Source: Mobula hypostoma (lineage: Eukaryota). Taken from it: 64,000 nt of DNA. The notes under the pieces were generated by a model. That model worked only from the letters and a program-made list of their open reading frames with translations, had not been told where the DNA came from and searched no databases. The DNA lies in the NCBI RefSeq assembly GCF_963921235.1, contig NC_086109.1, forward strand, positions 7,008,001-7,072,000, read 5' to 3'. Shown one piece after another: positions 26,120 to 37,639 of this stretch. Every line of letters begins with the position of its first letter. Position 1 is the stretch's first letter. The translations under genes were made by a program, and so were the position numbers.

Positions 26120-26410
26120 AACAACACACATCAAAGTTGCTGGTGAATGCAGCAGGCCAGGCAGCATCTCTAGGAAGAGACGTTTCGGGCCGAGACCCTT
26201 CGTCGGGACTAACTGAAGGAAGAGCTAGTAGGAGATTTGAAAGATCTCAAATCTCTTACTAGCTCTTCCTTCAGTAAGTCCTGACGAAGGGTCTCGGCCC
26301 GAAACGTCGACTGTACCTCTTCCTAGAGGTGCTGCCTCGCCTGCTACGTTCACCAGCAACTTTGATGTGTGTTGCTTGAATTTCCAGCATCTGCAGATTT
26401 CCTCGTGTTT
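26120..26410. mobile_element. Palindromic PLE pseudo-LTR insertion
   Basis: Inverted arms around about 26243. 13-bp TSD CCGGGATTTGACT (26107-26119 / 26411-26423). Confidence 0.9.
26277..26312 (+). ncRNA. Minimal type I hammerhead ribozyme motif (PLE-associated)
   Basis: AGUC-CUGACGA-A-GGG-UCUCGG-CCC-GAAA-CGUC^GACU. Stem I is AGUC/GACU, stem II is GGG/CCC, a palindromic ACGU replaces stem III, and the cleavage triplet is GUC. Confidence 0.75.
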
Positions 26411-27149
26411 CCGGGATTTGACTGCTACTTTTGTCCCTTATTTGGGAGTGAGAAAGTTGGCAACCCTAACTGTAAAAGACATGTTGAGCTGAGTTTAACC
26501 CTACTTGAACACCCCCGCCCAACCCGGTCGGCCAGTCAGCAAGAATATTGTCAATATTGAACCGGTCCGCGGTGCAAAAGAGGTTGGAGACCCCTGTTCC
26601 AGGTGAAGGTGCTAATTAAGAATCGTGAAGCGGCAGAAGGAAGTGAGAGCGTTTTATTTTGTAGGCTGGAGTTTGTCCCGTGACGGGTGCTACTTCAGAG
26701 ACTGACAACACTCCAAGCAGGTGGGAGGCAAAATTATCCTCGTGACAGCATCGTCAAGGTGAAGTTCCGTTTCTTCTGTTGACCCTTGCAGGTGGCTGAC
26801 ACAAAACTGAGCCGCTGTGGTTACCATGGGGAAACAGCTGCTCCCCCTCACCAGCCAGCCCCGAGTCGTCTCAAGGCCCCCGCCTCTACTGATTTAACTG
26901 AACTCACTCGCTTCGACGCTGAATATTGCCTGCAGAGCATGGCCTGGGGAGGAGCTGGAGGCAGATTCAATAGAGGTGTTTAGACAAGCACATTAATGAG
27001 TTTCTATGTGACTCCTTTGTCCACATGTCCCTCCCCAATGATCTCCATCCTGGCGCCAACGCACAGGGTCAGAAAAGGCTGCAGAGGGCTGTCGACTCAG
27101 CCAGCTCCATCACAGGCACAACCCTCCCCACCCCCGAGGACATCTTCAC

Positions 27150-27780
27150 CTCTTGTGTCCGGTGCTTCTGATGCGGCCTCCCCTACGCTGGCGAGACCTG
27201 TCATAAATTGGGGGACCACTTCGTAGACCATCTCTGCTCCATTTGCCAAATTGGAGATTACCAGTGGCTCAACATTTTAATTCCCATCCTCATTACAGTG
27301 CGTCAGTCCATCTTGTGCCAAGATGAGGTCACCCTCAGGATGGAGTAACAACACCTAATATTACGTTTGTGTAGCCTCCAACCTGATGGCATGAACGTCG
27401 ATTTCTCCATCTGGTGAAAAAGATTCCCTCCCCCTCCCCTCTTCTTCTATTCCCTTCTTACCTCTTCTCACCTGCCTATCACCTCCTCCTGGTGCCCCTC
27501 TTCCTTCCCTTTCCCCCCATGGTCCACTCTCCTATCAGATTCCTTCTTCACCAGCCCTTGACCTTTCCCACCGACATGGCTTCAGCTATCACCTTCCAGT
27601 TCTCCTCACCTTTTTATTCTGGCATCTCCTCCCGTCCTTTCCAGTCCTGAAGAAGGGCCTCGGCCCAAAATGACGACTGTTTCTTCATTTCCACAGATGC
27701 TGCCTGGCCCGCTGGGTTCTTCCAGCATTTTGCGTGTGTTGCTTTGGATTTCCAGCATCGGCAGGTTTTCTCATGTTTAT
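27150..27780 (+). mobile_element. Penelope-like element 3' end with degraded GIY-YIG endonuclease
   Basis: Translation CVRCF*CGLPYAGETCHKLGDHFVDHL...PVAQHFNS...LRME*QHLILRLCSLQPDGMNVDF, followed by a pyrimidine-rich UTR and pseudo-LTR. Confidence 0.85.
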
Positions 27781-27899
27781 GGTCTTCAAAAGGTGATGGC
27801 TCAAGAAGGTGACATCCATCACGAGCGACCCTCACCAACGAGGACTTGCCCACATCTCATTGCTACCATTCGGGAGGAGGTACAGGAGCCTGAATACAT

Positions 27900-30692
27900 A
27901 AGACCATGAGATATAGGAACAGAAGTAGGCCTTTTGGCCCATCGAGTATGTTCTGCCAATCAATCATGGGCTGATCCAATTCTTCCAGTCGTCACCACTC
28001 CCCTGCTTTCACCCCATACCCTTTGATGCCCTTGCTAATCAAGAACCTATCTATCTCTGCCTTAAATACACCCAACGACTTGGCCTCCACAGCTGCTCGC
28101 GACAACAAATTCCACAGATTTACCACCCTCTGACTAAAGTAATTTCTCCGCATCTCACTTCTAAAAGGATGTCCTTCAATCCTGAAGTCGTGCCCTCTTG
28201 TCCTAGAATCCCCTACCGTGGGAAATAACTTTGCCATATCTAATCTGTTCAGGCCTTTTAACATTCAGAATGTTCCTATGAGATTCCCCCCTCATTCTCC
28301 TGAACTCCAGGGAATACAGCCCAAGAGCTGCCAGACGTTCCTCATATGGTAACCCTTTCATTCCTGGAATCATTCTCGTGAATCTTCTCTGAACTCTCTC
28401 CAATGTTAGTCTGTCCTTTCTAAAATAAGGAGCCCAAAACTGCACACAATACTCCAAGAGTGGTCTCACGAGTGCCCTATAGAGCCTCAACATCACAACC
28501 CTGCTCTTATATTCTATACCTCAGGAAATAAATGCCAACATTGCATTCGCCTTCTTCACCACCGACTCAACCTGGAGGTTAACCTTTAGGGTATCTTGCA
28601 CAAGGTCCCTTTGCATCTTTGCATTTTGCATTCACTCTCCATCTAAATAATAATCTGCCCGTTTATTTCTTCCACCAAAGTGCATGATCATTCACTTTCC
28701 AACATTGCATTTCATTTGCCACTTCTTTGCCCATTCCCCTAAACTATCTAAGTCTTTCTGCAGGCTTTCTGATTCCTCAACACTACCCGCTCCTCCACCT
28801 ATCTTTGTATCATCGGCAAATTTAGCCACAAATCCATTAATACCGTAGTCCAAATCATTGACATACATCATAAAAAAACAGCAGTCCCAACACCGACCCC
28901 TGTGGAACTCCACTGGTAACCGGCAGCCAGCCAGAATAGGATCCCTTTATTCCCACTCTCTGTTTTCTGCCGATCAGCCAATGCTCCACCCATGCTAGTA
29001 ACTCCCCTGTAATTCCATGGGCTCTTATTTTGCTAAACAGCCTCATATATGGCACCTTGTCAAAGGCCTTCTGAAAATCCAAGTTCAGCACATCTACTAC
29101 ATCTCCTTTGTCTACCCTGCTTGTAATTTCCTCAAAAAATTGCAGTAGGTTTGTCAGGCAGGATTTTCCTTTTAGGAAACCATGCTGGCTTTGGCCTATC
29201 TTGTCATGTGCCTCCCTAAAAATTGATTCCAAACAACTTCCCAAGCACTGATGTCAGACTAACAGGTCTATAGTTTCCTTTTTGCTGCCTCCCACCCTTC
29301 TTAAATAGCGGAGTAACATTTGCAATTTTCCAGTCATCCGGTACAATGCCAGAATCTATCAATTCTTGAAAGTTCATCGCTAATGCCTCCACAATCTCTC
29401 CGGCCACATCCTTCAGAACCTGAGGGTGCATTCCATCAGGTCCAGGAGATTTATCCACCCTCAGACCATTAAGCTTCCTAAGCACCTTCTCAGTTGTAAT
29501 TTTCACTGCACAAATTTCACTTCTCTGACACTCTTGAATGTCCGGCATACTGTAGACATCTTCCACTGTGAAGACTGATGCAAAATACGCATTCAGTTCC
29601 TCTGCCATCTCTGCATCTCTGCATCTGTCATTACAATATGTCCAGCGTCATTTTGCATTGGTCCTATATTTACCCTTGACTCTCTTTTACCCTTTATATA
29701 CTTAATAAAGCTTTTAGTATCTTCTTTGATATTAGTCGCCAGCTTCCTTTCATAGTTCATCTTTTCCTTCCAATTGACCTTCTTAGTTTCCTTCTGCAAG
29801 TTTTTAAAAACTCCCCAATCCTCTATCTTCCCACTTGCTCTGGCTTCCTTGTCAGTCACGGTATTGTTCTTCTTCCCTTTGAAAAGTTCTTCTTATTTGG
29901 AATATATCTTGTCTTGTACTTCCCTCATTTTTCGCAGAAACTCCAGCCATTGCTGCCCTGCCGTCCTTCTTGCAAATGCCCCTTTCCAGTCAACTTTGGC
30001 CAGTTCTCCTCTCATGCCATTGTAATTTCCTTTATTCCACTGAAATACCAACACATTGAATTTTATTTTTTCCCTCTCAAATTTCAATGTGAACTCGATC
30101 ATATTGTGATCACTGTACCCTAAGGGTTTTTTAACCTTAAGCTCTCTTATCACCTCCAGATCTTTCCACAACACCCAATCCAGCACAGCTGATTCCCTAG
30201 TGGGCTCAACAACAAGCTATTCTAAAAAGCTATCCCTTAGACATTCTACAAATTCTCTCTCTTGAGGTCCAGTACTGAGCTGGTTTTCCCAATGCACTTT
30301 CATGTTAAAATCCCCAATGATTATCATGACATTGCCTTTCTGACACACCTTTTCTGTTTCCTGCTGTAATTTGTAATCCACATCTCGGCTGCTGTTTGGA
30401 GGCCTGTATACAACTGCCATTAGGGTCCTTTTACCCTTGCCTTTCTTAACTCAACCCATAGAGACTCTACACCTTCCAATCCTATGTCATCTCTTTCCAA
30501 TGATTTAACATTACTTCTTATACACAGAGCCACACCACCCCCTTTGCCTACTAACCTATCGTTCCGATACACTGTATATCCTTGGACGTTCAGCCTCCGA
30601 TGGCAGCCATCCTTTAGCCAAGTTTCAGAGATGGCCACAACGCCATATTTGCCACTCTGTAGCTGAATTTCAAGATCATCCATTTTACTCCT
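27900..30692 (-). mobile_element. CR1 LINE ORF2, nearly full length but multiply frameshifted
   Basis: Consecutive ORFs from 30420-30773 to 27992-28264 carry the SETW, YRPP, SDHN, DFQKAFDKVP, FADD and VRPLLEYC motifs. Confidence 0.95.
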
Positions 30693-31369
30693 TATACACA
30701 CACTGAACATTTCAGGAACAGCTTCTTCCCCTCCGCCATCATATTTCTGAATGGACCATGAACCCAAGAACACTACCTCATTATTCAGCTCTCTTTTTCC
30801 AGGATTTATTTATTTATTTTTTTTATATATTCTTGGTGTAATTTAAAGCAACACATGTATTGCACTGTACTGCAATTGTCCGTGTGTTTACTTCAGTCTG
30901 GGCTGATCTCCAACAACAGCAGTTCTTTCCTTCCTTTTCACCTTCCATCAAATAAAGGATTTTTCCACCTAAATCTAGTCAAGGATGAAAAGGAGCAGGG
31001 ACAGTTACACCCATCACCTACCCGCCCCCCATGGTCAACTAAAGGGTGGAATCAGAGGTCTCCCGGAGGCCGAGACATTACAGTATATTCTACTCAGGTG
31101 GATGTTTTTCACTTATTTTATTCAGATACAATGCAGAACAGGCCCTTTGAACCACGCCGCCCAACAATACCCCGACTTAATCAGGGGACAACTTACAACG
31201 ACCAATTAACCCACCAATTGGTACGTCTTTGGACTGTGGGAGGAAACCAAAGCACCCGGAGGAAACCCACGCAGCCACGTACAAACTTCTCACAGCCAGT
31301 GGTGCGCAGGGTCTTTTGAAGATATCTTGAAAAGAGCAGAGAAATTCTGTCTGTTATTCAGAGCTTCAA

Positions 31370-31535
31370 ATGGGCTTCTTCCCACTTCCTTTCCAGTTCT
31401 GACGAAGGGTTTCGGCCCGAAACGTTGGACTGTTTATTCCTCTCAGTGGATGCTGCCTGACCTGTTGAGTTCCTCCAGCATTTTGTGTGTGTTGCTCTGG
31501 ATTTCCACCAGTATCTGCAGAATCTCTTGTGTTTA
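31370..31535 (+). mobile_element. PLE pseudo-LTR with a near-intact hammerhead core
   Basis: CTGACGA-AGGG-TTTCGG-CCC-GAAA-CGTT at 31399-31426. Confidence 0.7.
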
Positions 31536-31558
31536 TGTATCTCAGAGCGTACCCTGTG

Positions 31559-31672
31559 TGTCACGGTTGTCAGACGACAGAACCCAGGTGCAGAGGAACA
31601 ACAGACTCTCATGTTGAGATAAAACCAAGAATTTATTCATAGGAATTCCAAATGAACATTGGTAGCGTGACA
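31559..31672. mobile_element. Very short TGTCACG...CGTGACA element (deleted LTR); longer relative at about 32320-32650
   Basis: 7-bp terminal inverted repeat. It shares GAACCCAGGTG...GACAGACT-like...TTTATTCAT blocks with the 32320 copy. Confidence 0.55.
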
Positions 31673-33514
31673 AAATGATCAACAAAACATTTTAGCTTAA
31701 TTGAACTATTGGAAAGCAACAGCACCATTATGCAATTAAATGCATTATACTTAATATACGTTAATTTGTTGTTTCTCTGAATTCCTACATGATACAATTA
31801 TCATCTGAAATTATATTTGTGTTCAGCTTCAAGATCATAAACAAAAAAAGACTTTGTGGAAGCAACACTTTTGGAAAAAATTTGTTATCCAGCGTTACCA
31901 GAACATAGAACAGTACAGCGCAGGAATACGCCCCTTGTGTTGAGCTAATATAAGCTATTGACACCTAATGCCTGACCTACTGAGTTCCTCCAGCATTGCG
32001 CATGTTGTACTGAATCCCTTCTGCCTGCAAAAGGTCCATATCCCTCATTCCCTGCACCTCCATGAGCTTATCCAAGAACTTCTTAAAGTCCTCCATCATA
32101 TCAGCCTCTACCACCACGCCTAGTAGCTCATTCCAGGCACCCACCACTAATGTGTAAAATCTTGCCCGCATGTTTCCTCTGAACTTTCCCCCTCTTATCT
32201 TACAGGTTTACCCTGTATTTCAACCCCGGATAAAAGATACCAGCTGTCTACTCTATCTACGCCTCTACTCTATTTATGCCTCTCACTGATAAACTTCTAT
32301 CAGTATCCATTGATGCAGGTGTCACGGTGAGCGCTGGCAACGACTGAACCCAGGTGTGGAGGAATGACAGACTTCCATGTAGAGACAGAAGCAAGAGTTT
32401 ATTCATGGCAATTCCAGCAAAACATGTATGGTTTGACCAAGTGACACTGCGAGACAAATCATTCTCAAAACACAAGGACCCCACGATCAGTGTTAATTGG
32501 GAGTCCACTTTAAATAATCACAGTATACGGAAAACCCGCACCAGTCAAAATAAACTTGACAAGATTAAACAGAAGCACAAAGGCTTAAGAGACTCGAATT
32601 CAGACAGAAATTAACAAATACATGTGCACAGCCCCACAGGGCTCATGACCCTGTGTAAATGTGTTTTCTTGTGGACGAAGGAAGAATTTTATAAGACCAT
32701 AAGACAAAGGAGCAGAAGTAGGCCATTCGGCCCATCGAGTTGGCCCGGCTTGGTTACTCAGCTCTATAGGACGTGCTCAGGTTCAGAACAGCTTCCATCC
32801 TGCTGTTGTAACACTATCGAATGGACCTCTTATATGATAAAGCCCAATGTCAGAAAGCCCGAGTCTACTGGAGGCTGAAGAAGATGACCTGTCCTGGTTT
32901 ATGTGGGTGGGTGCGAGGGAGAAATGGGGCTCGCTTTGCTGTTGTTTATTTATTTGTTCAGACACAGTGCAGAATAGGCCCTTCTGGGCCTTTGAGCCAT
33001 GCTGCCCAATTTACAGGACAATCTACAATGACCAATTAACCAAGTACATCTCTGGAGCCGCTGGAGGGAACCCACGTGGTCACGGGGAGAACATACAAAC
33101 TCCTTACGGACAGTGGCGGGAATTGAACCAGTGTCGCTGGTACTGTAAAGCATTGTGCTATCCGCTACACCCTTTTCCTTTTTGCCTGTTGTGTTCTGTG
33201 TTGTTATGCTGAATGTTGTTGGCACCAGAAATGTGTGAGAACACTTGACAGGCTGCTCCCTGAACATCCTCCGGTTTGTTGGTTGTTAACACAAATGACA
33301 CATTTCACAGTATGTTTTAGTGGACACCTGATAAATAAACTTGAACCCTGAATCTTGAAATCCTGAAATAAAGATGCACTGTCTTCCTCACAATCTACCT
33401 CATCATGATCCTTTACCTTATTGCCTGCCTGCACTGCACTTTCTCTGTAACTGTAACACTTTATTCTGCATTCTGTTATTCCTTTACCCTTGTACAAACT
33501 CAAAGAAGTTGTTA

Positions 33515-34900
33515 TAGCTGGGGGTGGTAGTGGGGATAAGCTCCCTAGTACCTATTAAATTGTCATAAAGGGGTGTTGGGAGCGGACCCAAATGCAAGAC
33601 ACAGACACTGAAGTACTAGGAACAGGACAAGGTTTATCAAAAAAGCAAGGGGAGTCAGGAAGAAACAATGCTGGACATGGACACAGGCTCTGGACAAGAC
33701 AAGGACAGCAGGCCTGGGCTAGGACTAAGACTAGGAAAGCGGGACCAGGACAAGGAACTTGGAACTAGGAGCCTGGGCAAGGACTCTGAGCCAGAGACTG
33801 GGCAGGGACCCGGAACCTGGGTCTTGACTCAGGATCGGACCCCGGATCTAGGCGAGGACAAGACGTGGCTACAGGACTGGACATGGAACTCCTGCACAGG
33901 ATGAGGCACATGGATAGGATGAGAATACAAAGCCTTGACTTGGACAGAACGAGGTTCTTGGACTAGGCTCAGACAAGACGAGGTTCTAGGACTTGGCTTG
34001 GACTAGATGAGGGACTCCTGGACTGGACGAGAGACTCCTGGACTGGACGAGGGAACTCCAGCACATGATGAGGAAACTCCAGGGCCGGGCTGGGCGAGAT
34101 ACTCCACTCCAGCACAGGACAAGGAACTCCAGCATAGGACTTGGCTCTTGGACTAGGCTAGGCTCAGCTCTTGGACTCGGCTCAGTTAGGCCCTTGGATA
34201 CAGAGCCGGGACTCCTTCTTGGAGTGCAGGGCCGGGACCCTTTCTAGGACACAGGACCGGGATGTATTCTCAGGGCCGGGATGACTGCCGAGGAAACCGT
34301 CAGGAATTCAGATGGAGAAGGGGAAGGGAACAGTGCAGCTGGGAATCCTTGGTTTGCAGAGGTATTTATGTGCCAGCCCAAAATGAGAATCAGGTGCCTC
34401 AATTAAGGCACCCAATGGAACAAGGGAAAACTGGAAAACCCAGAATAAGGATTGATGAACCGGAACACAGATTTCACGGACCGGACTATGACATAAATGC
34501 TCCCAATGACCTGCATCTCAAATAGCCTCTGACAACCAAGTCCAGCTCATGGCCATCACATGGGCTTAGCTACTAAGTCCGGTGGAATTGTTTCTACTGA
34601 CAGGAGAAGGGGCAAAGGTGGGTTACTGGTGCCTTAAAACCCGTCGCTTTGTGCAGATGGGGCTCATCAGCCGTGGTTGGCAGCTCATCTAGGGGAAGGA
34701 AAACTGATTTCAAACCTCCACTGCCTTGTGGCTATACCCACTCATGGGGAAATGCTTCGGGAGTAAACCCCGAGGAAAAATCCAGAGCTGGCGTTTCTAG
34801 GGTAGTCCTTCATCGAGTTCAACTCAGACAGGCAACTCCTGTGATGCTGCTGGTACCAAGCTGTATTGGATCCTGCCATTCCTTTGGGCACGTGGTGAGA
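33515..34900 (+). mobile_element. RTE-like non-autonomous retroposon (family C), split by the LTR at 33561
   Basis: Reads continuously across the TAAAT TSD. Contains an RTE-leader-like motif GGTTGGCAGCTCATCTAGGGGAAGGAAAACT. Confidence 0.5.
33561..34493 (-). mobile_element. Solo LTR with internal short tandem repeats
   Basis: TGTCATA...TATGACA termini and a 5-bp TSD TAAAT (33556-60 / 34494-98). One end is homologous to the LTRs at 39103 and 56702. Confidence 0.85.
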
Positions 34901-34998
34901 TCAGATGCCTGGTGAGTGGGAGCCTGCTACATGGACAGTGGGTTGCTCTCCAGATTGCTAGTCCTATTTGCTCATGAGTGGCCCAGATCCCTCCAAAG

Positions 34999-35078
34999 CA
35001 GGGGTTCCCAAACCTTTTTATGCCATGGACCCTTAACATTAACCGAGGGGTCCGTGTATCCCAGATTGGGAACCCCTG
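34999..35078. mobile_element. 80-bp hAT-Charlie mini-MITE
   Basis: TIR CAGGGGTTCCCAA / TTGGGAACCCCTG and TSD CTCCAAAG / CTCTAAAA. Confidence 0.85.
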
Positions 35079-35322
35079 CTCTAAAACTTTCCTCTCCATG
35101 TACCTGTGCAAATGACTTTTAAATGCTGTTTTTGTACCTGTCTCAACCACTTCCTCCGGCTGCTTGTTCCATCTGCACACTACTGTCTGTGTGAAGAAGT
35201 TGATATCCCGTTTTTAAATCTATCCCCTCTCATCTTAAACCTTGCCCTTTATTTTTAGGTTACATTTTTAGGGGAAGAAGACTGTGTGTATTCACCCTAG
35301 TGATTTTATACAGTAATTATGT

Positions 35323-35600
35323 GGGCGTCACGGTAGCGTAGCAGTTAGCGCAGCGTTATCACAGTTCGAGGCGTTCTGAAGTTCCGGAATTCAATTCCAT
35401 TACTTTCTGTAAGGAGCTTGTATGTTTTCCCCCATGAACCGCGTGGGTTTCCTCCGGGTGCTCCTGTTTCCTCCCACAGTCCAAAGATGTACCGGTTGGT
35501 AGGGTTAATTAGTCACTGTGAATTGCCCTGTGATTCGGAGGGTTGCTGGGTAGTGCGGCTCGTTGGGATGGAAGGGTGTGTTCTGAGCTATATCTCCAAA
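35323..35600 (+). mobile_element. V-SINE (HE1-like); other copies near 2835(-), 5600-5850, 8055, 9215-9640, 22430, 23100(-), 31210(-), 33030(-), 49240, 51232
   Basis: tRNA-like head GGTAGCGTAGCAGTTAGC...TTCAATTCC plus the V-domain core GTGGGTTTCCTCCGGGTGCTCC.GTTTCCTCCCAC. Confidence 0.8.
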
Positions 35601-36184
35601 TAAAATTAAAAAATAATGTAGAATTTATTCATAAAATTAATTATAGGGGAAACATAATGGACTGAGTCTTCTTTTACGTAAGTTGTACCATCAAGTGGTT
35701 CACAGACTTACAATATACCAACAACATGTCTGTGAAGTTTTTGAGAGGCTGTTAGAGAGGCCTCAGCCTTTCAAAACTGAACATAGTTTGTAATAAAGAA
35801 TATGTACAGAAAGATATACCGGCTGTTCCCCGGGACACTGATGGAGACGGACATCGGGTAGCACTGGCAGACCATCAGCTCAGTGAAAGGTGTGCTTTCA
35901 CTCGTTAAAGGTGTAATGCTGAGGCTTTATAAGGCACTGGTCAGACCACATTTGGCGTATCGTGAACAGTTTCGAGCCCCTTACCTAAGGAAGGATGTGT
36001 TGGGGCATCTGAGAGGGTTCAGAGGAGGATGATCCCCGGAATGAAAGGGTTAACGTATGAGTGATGTTTGATTGCTCTGGGCCGGTACTCACCGGAGTTT
36101 AGAAGAACAGCAGAGCAGAGGCGATAGGCCAAATGGCCTAATTCTGATTCTTTGTCTTAACGGGCTTATGGCCTGCCTGAAACT

Positions 36185-36985
36185 CGGAATGCTGCCTGCC
36201 AGCTGGCCCATTCCAGGACGTACTGAAAGAAGCACTGAAGCTTGGCCCAGCCACTGCAAGGGCTCGGTGGGGAAGGACGACAGTCATAGGGTCCTTCTTA
36301 CTGGAGAGGGAGGGGCTGGGTTGGATGAGGAGGCCCCTCAATTATTGTAGTAGTGTACCACCCCAGGGGGGCATATAAATGCCAACAGTCCTATTGGTTT
36401 TAAACACAAAATAATCTGCAGATGCTGGGGTCAAAGCAACACTCACAACACGCTGGAGGAACTCAGCAGGTCGGGCAGCATTCGTGGAAACGATCGGTCG
36501 GCGTTTCGGGCCGGAACCCTTCGTCAGGACTGTAGAGAGAAGGGGCAGAGGCCCTATAAAGAAGGTGGGGGGCGGGTGGGAGGGAGAAGGAACCCATCGT
36601 GCTTTCCCCTATTCCTTCTTCACCTTTCCTGCCTATCACCTCCCTGCTTCTCCTCCCCCAGCCCTTTATCTTTCCCCTTACTGGTTTTTCACCTGGCACC
36701 TACCAGCCTTCTCCTTCCCACCCTCCCCCAGCCTTCTTTATAGGGCCTCTGCCCCTTCCCTCTACAGTCCTGACGAAGGGTTCCGGCCCGAAACGTCGAC
36801 CGATCGTTTCCACGGATGCTGCCCGACCTGCTGAGTTCTTCCAGTGTGTTGTGAGTGTTGCTATTGGTTTTAAGGACTGTAATAGATACTGCTTGATGCC
36901 TTGACTGTAAATGCAAGACTGTAAAGCCTTGTAAATAAATTATGATTATGGATAATGATTATTTTTATATAAAAATATATACAGA
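36185..36985 (+). mobile_element. Tx1/L1-like LINE 3' end (interrupted by a PLE hairpin); homologous copy at 52250-52560(-)
   Basis: Translation QDVLKEALKLGPATARARWGRTTV. Its 3' UTR GGAGAGGGAGG...CCCCTCAATTA.TG.AGTAGT..ACCACCCCAGGGGGGC is shared with the reverse complement of 52381-52460. Confidence 0.7.
36404..36860. mobile_element. Palindromic PLE pseudo-LTR insertion with hammerhead motifs in both arms
   Basis: Inverted arms and a 13-bp TSD CTATTGGTTTTAA (36391-36403 / 36861-36873). The core is intact at 36770-36797 (+), while the left-arm copy has GCC instead of GTC. Confidence 0.9.
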
Positions 36986-37639
36986 AAGAAAAACAGAGCA
37001 TGCATTTTTTACATTATTGGCTTAATTTTAGCACAGTGCACCGTTGCCACTCAACTATCTGCCTGATGTGACACACCCTGGTGGTGACTGGATCCACAAC
37101 ATTTTACTATCAGACTTAGGAGCAGAATTAGGCCATTCAGCCCATCGAGTCTGCTCTGCCTTTCCATCGCCGGCAGCTAGCGCACCTTCAAAAGGCAGTC
37201 CGGGGCACGCTCTCTCCTCGCTGCTACCATCAAGGTGGAGGTACAGGAGCCCGAAGACACACACTCAACGATTCAGGAACAGCTTCTTCCCCTCCGCCAT
37301 CAGATTTCTGAACGGAAATGGAACCAACCCACGAACGGTACCTCAAGAGTAACACTGTTCCGTTTGTCTGCATCATGGTTAATCATGCATGGGTGAATGA
37401 CAATTAAACTTGAACTTGATATTTTCTGCCCTCTTTTTATTCTACCTATTTAATTTAGTTTTAAAAATATAATTCTGCCTGCCTGTAATTTATAGATTTT
37501 TATTATTATGTGTAGCAATTTACCACTGCCGCAAAACAACACATTTCACAACATCAGCCAGTGGTCCTAAACTTGAATCTTGGTCTGATACCCTCCCACC
37601 TCCCTCCACCACCCCCCTCCCATACAGCACCCGGGGCAC

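Larger units (their letters stand above)
25666..26503. mobile_element. hAT-type MITE with TAGGG termini nested in the Charlie MITE
   Basis: TAGGGTTGCCAACT at 25666, a perfect inverse at 26455-26468, and a second end AACCCTA at 26497-26503. Perfect 8-bp TSD CTTGAACA (25658-65 / 26504-11). Confidence 0.8.
25536..26596. mobile_element. hAT-Charlie-type MITE (outer element of a triple nest)
   Basis: TIRs CAGAGGTCCCCAACC / GGTTGGAGACCCCTG. The 8-bp TSD TTCTAGAT / TTCCAGGT resembles the NTCTAGAN preference. Confidence 0.85.

Noticed and set aside
34520..34625. Twister ribozyme
   Set aside because: CTAAGTCCGG resembles the twister L4/P4 region, but P2, P4 and the pseudoknots do not form.
36345..36375. 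CTCF-like CCACCCCAGGGGGGC (also at 52385)
   Set aside because: Poor spacing against the consensus, and part of the Tx1-like 3' UTR shared by both copies.
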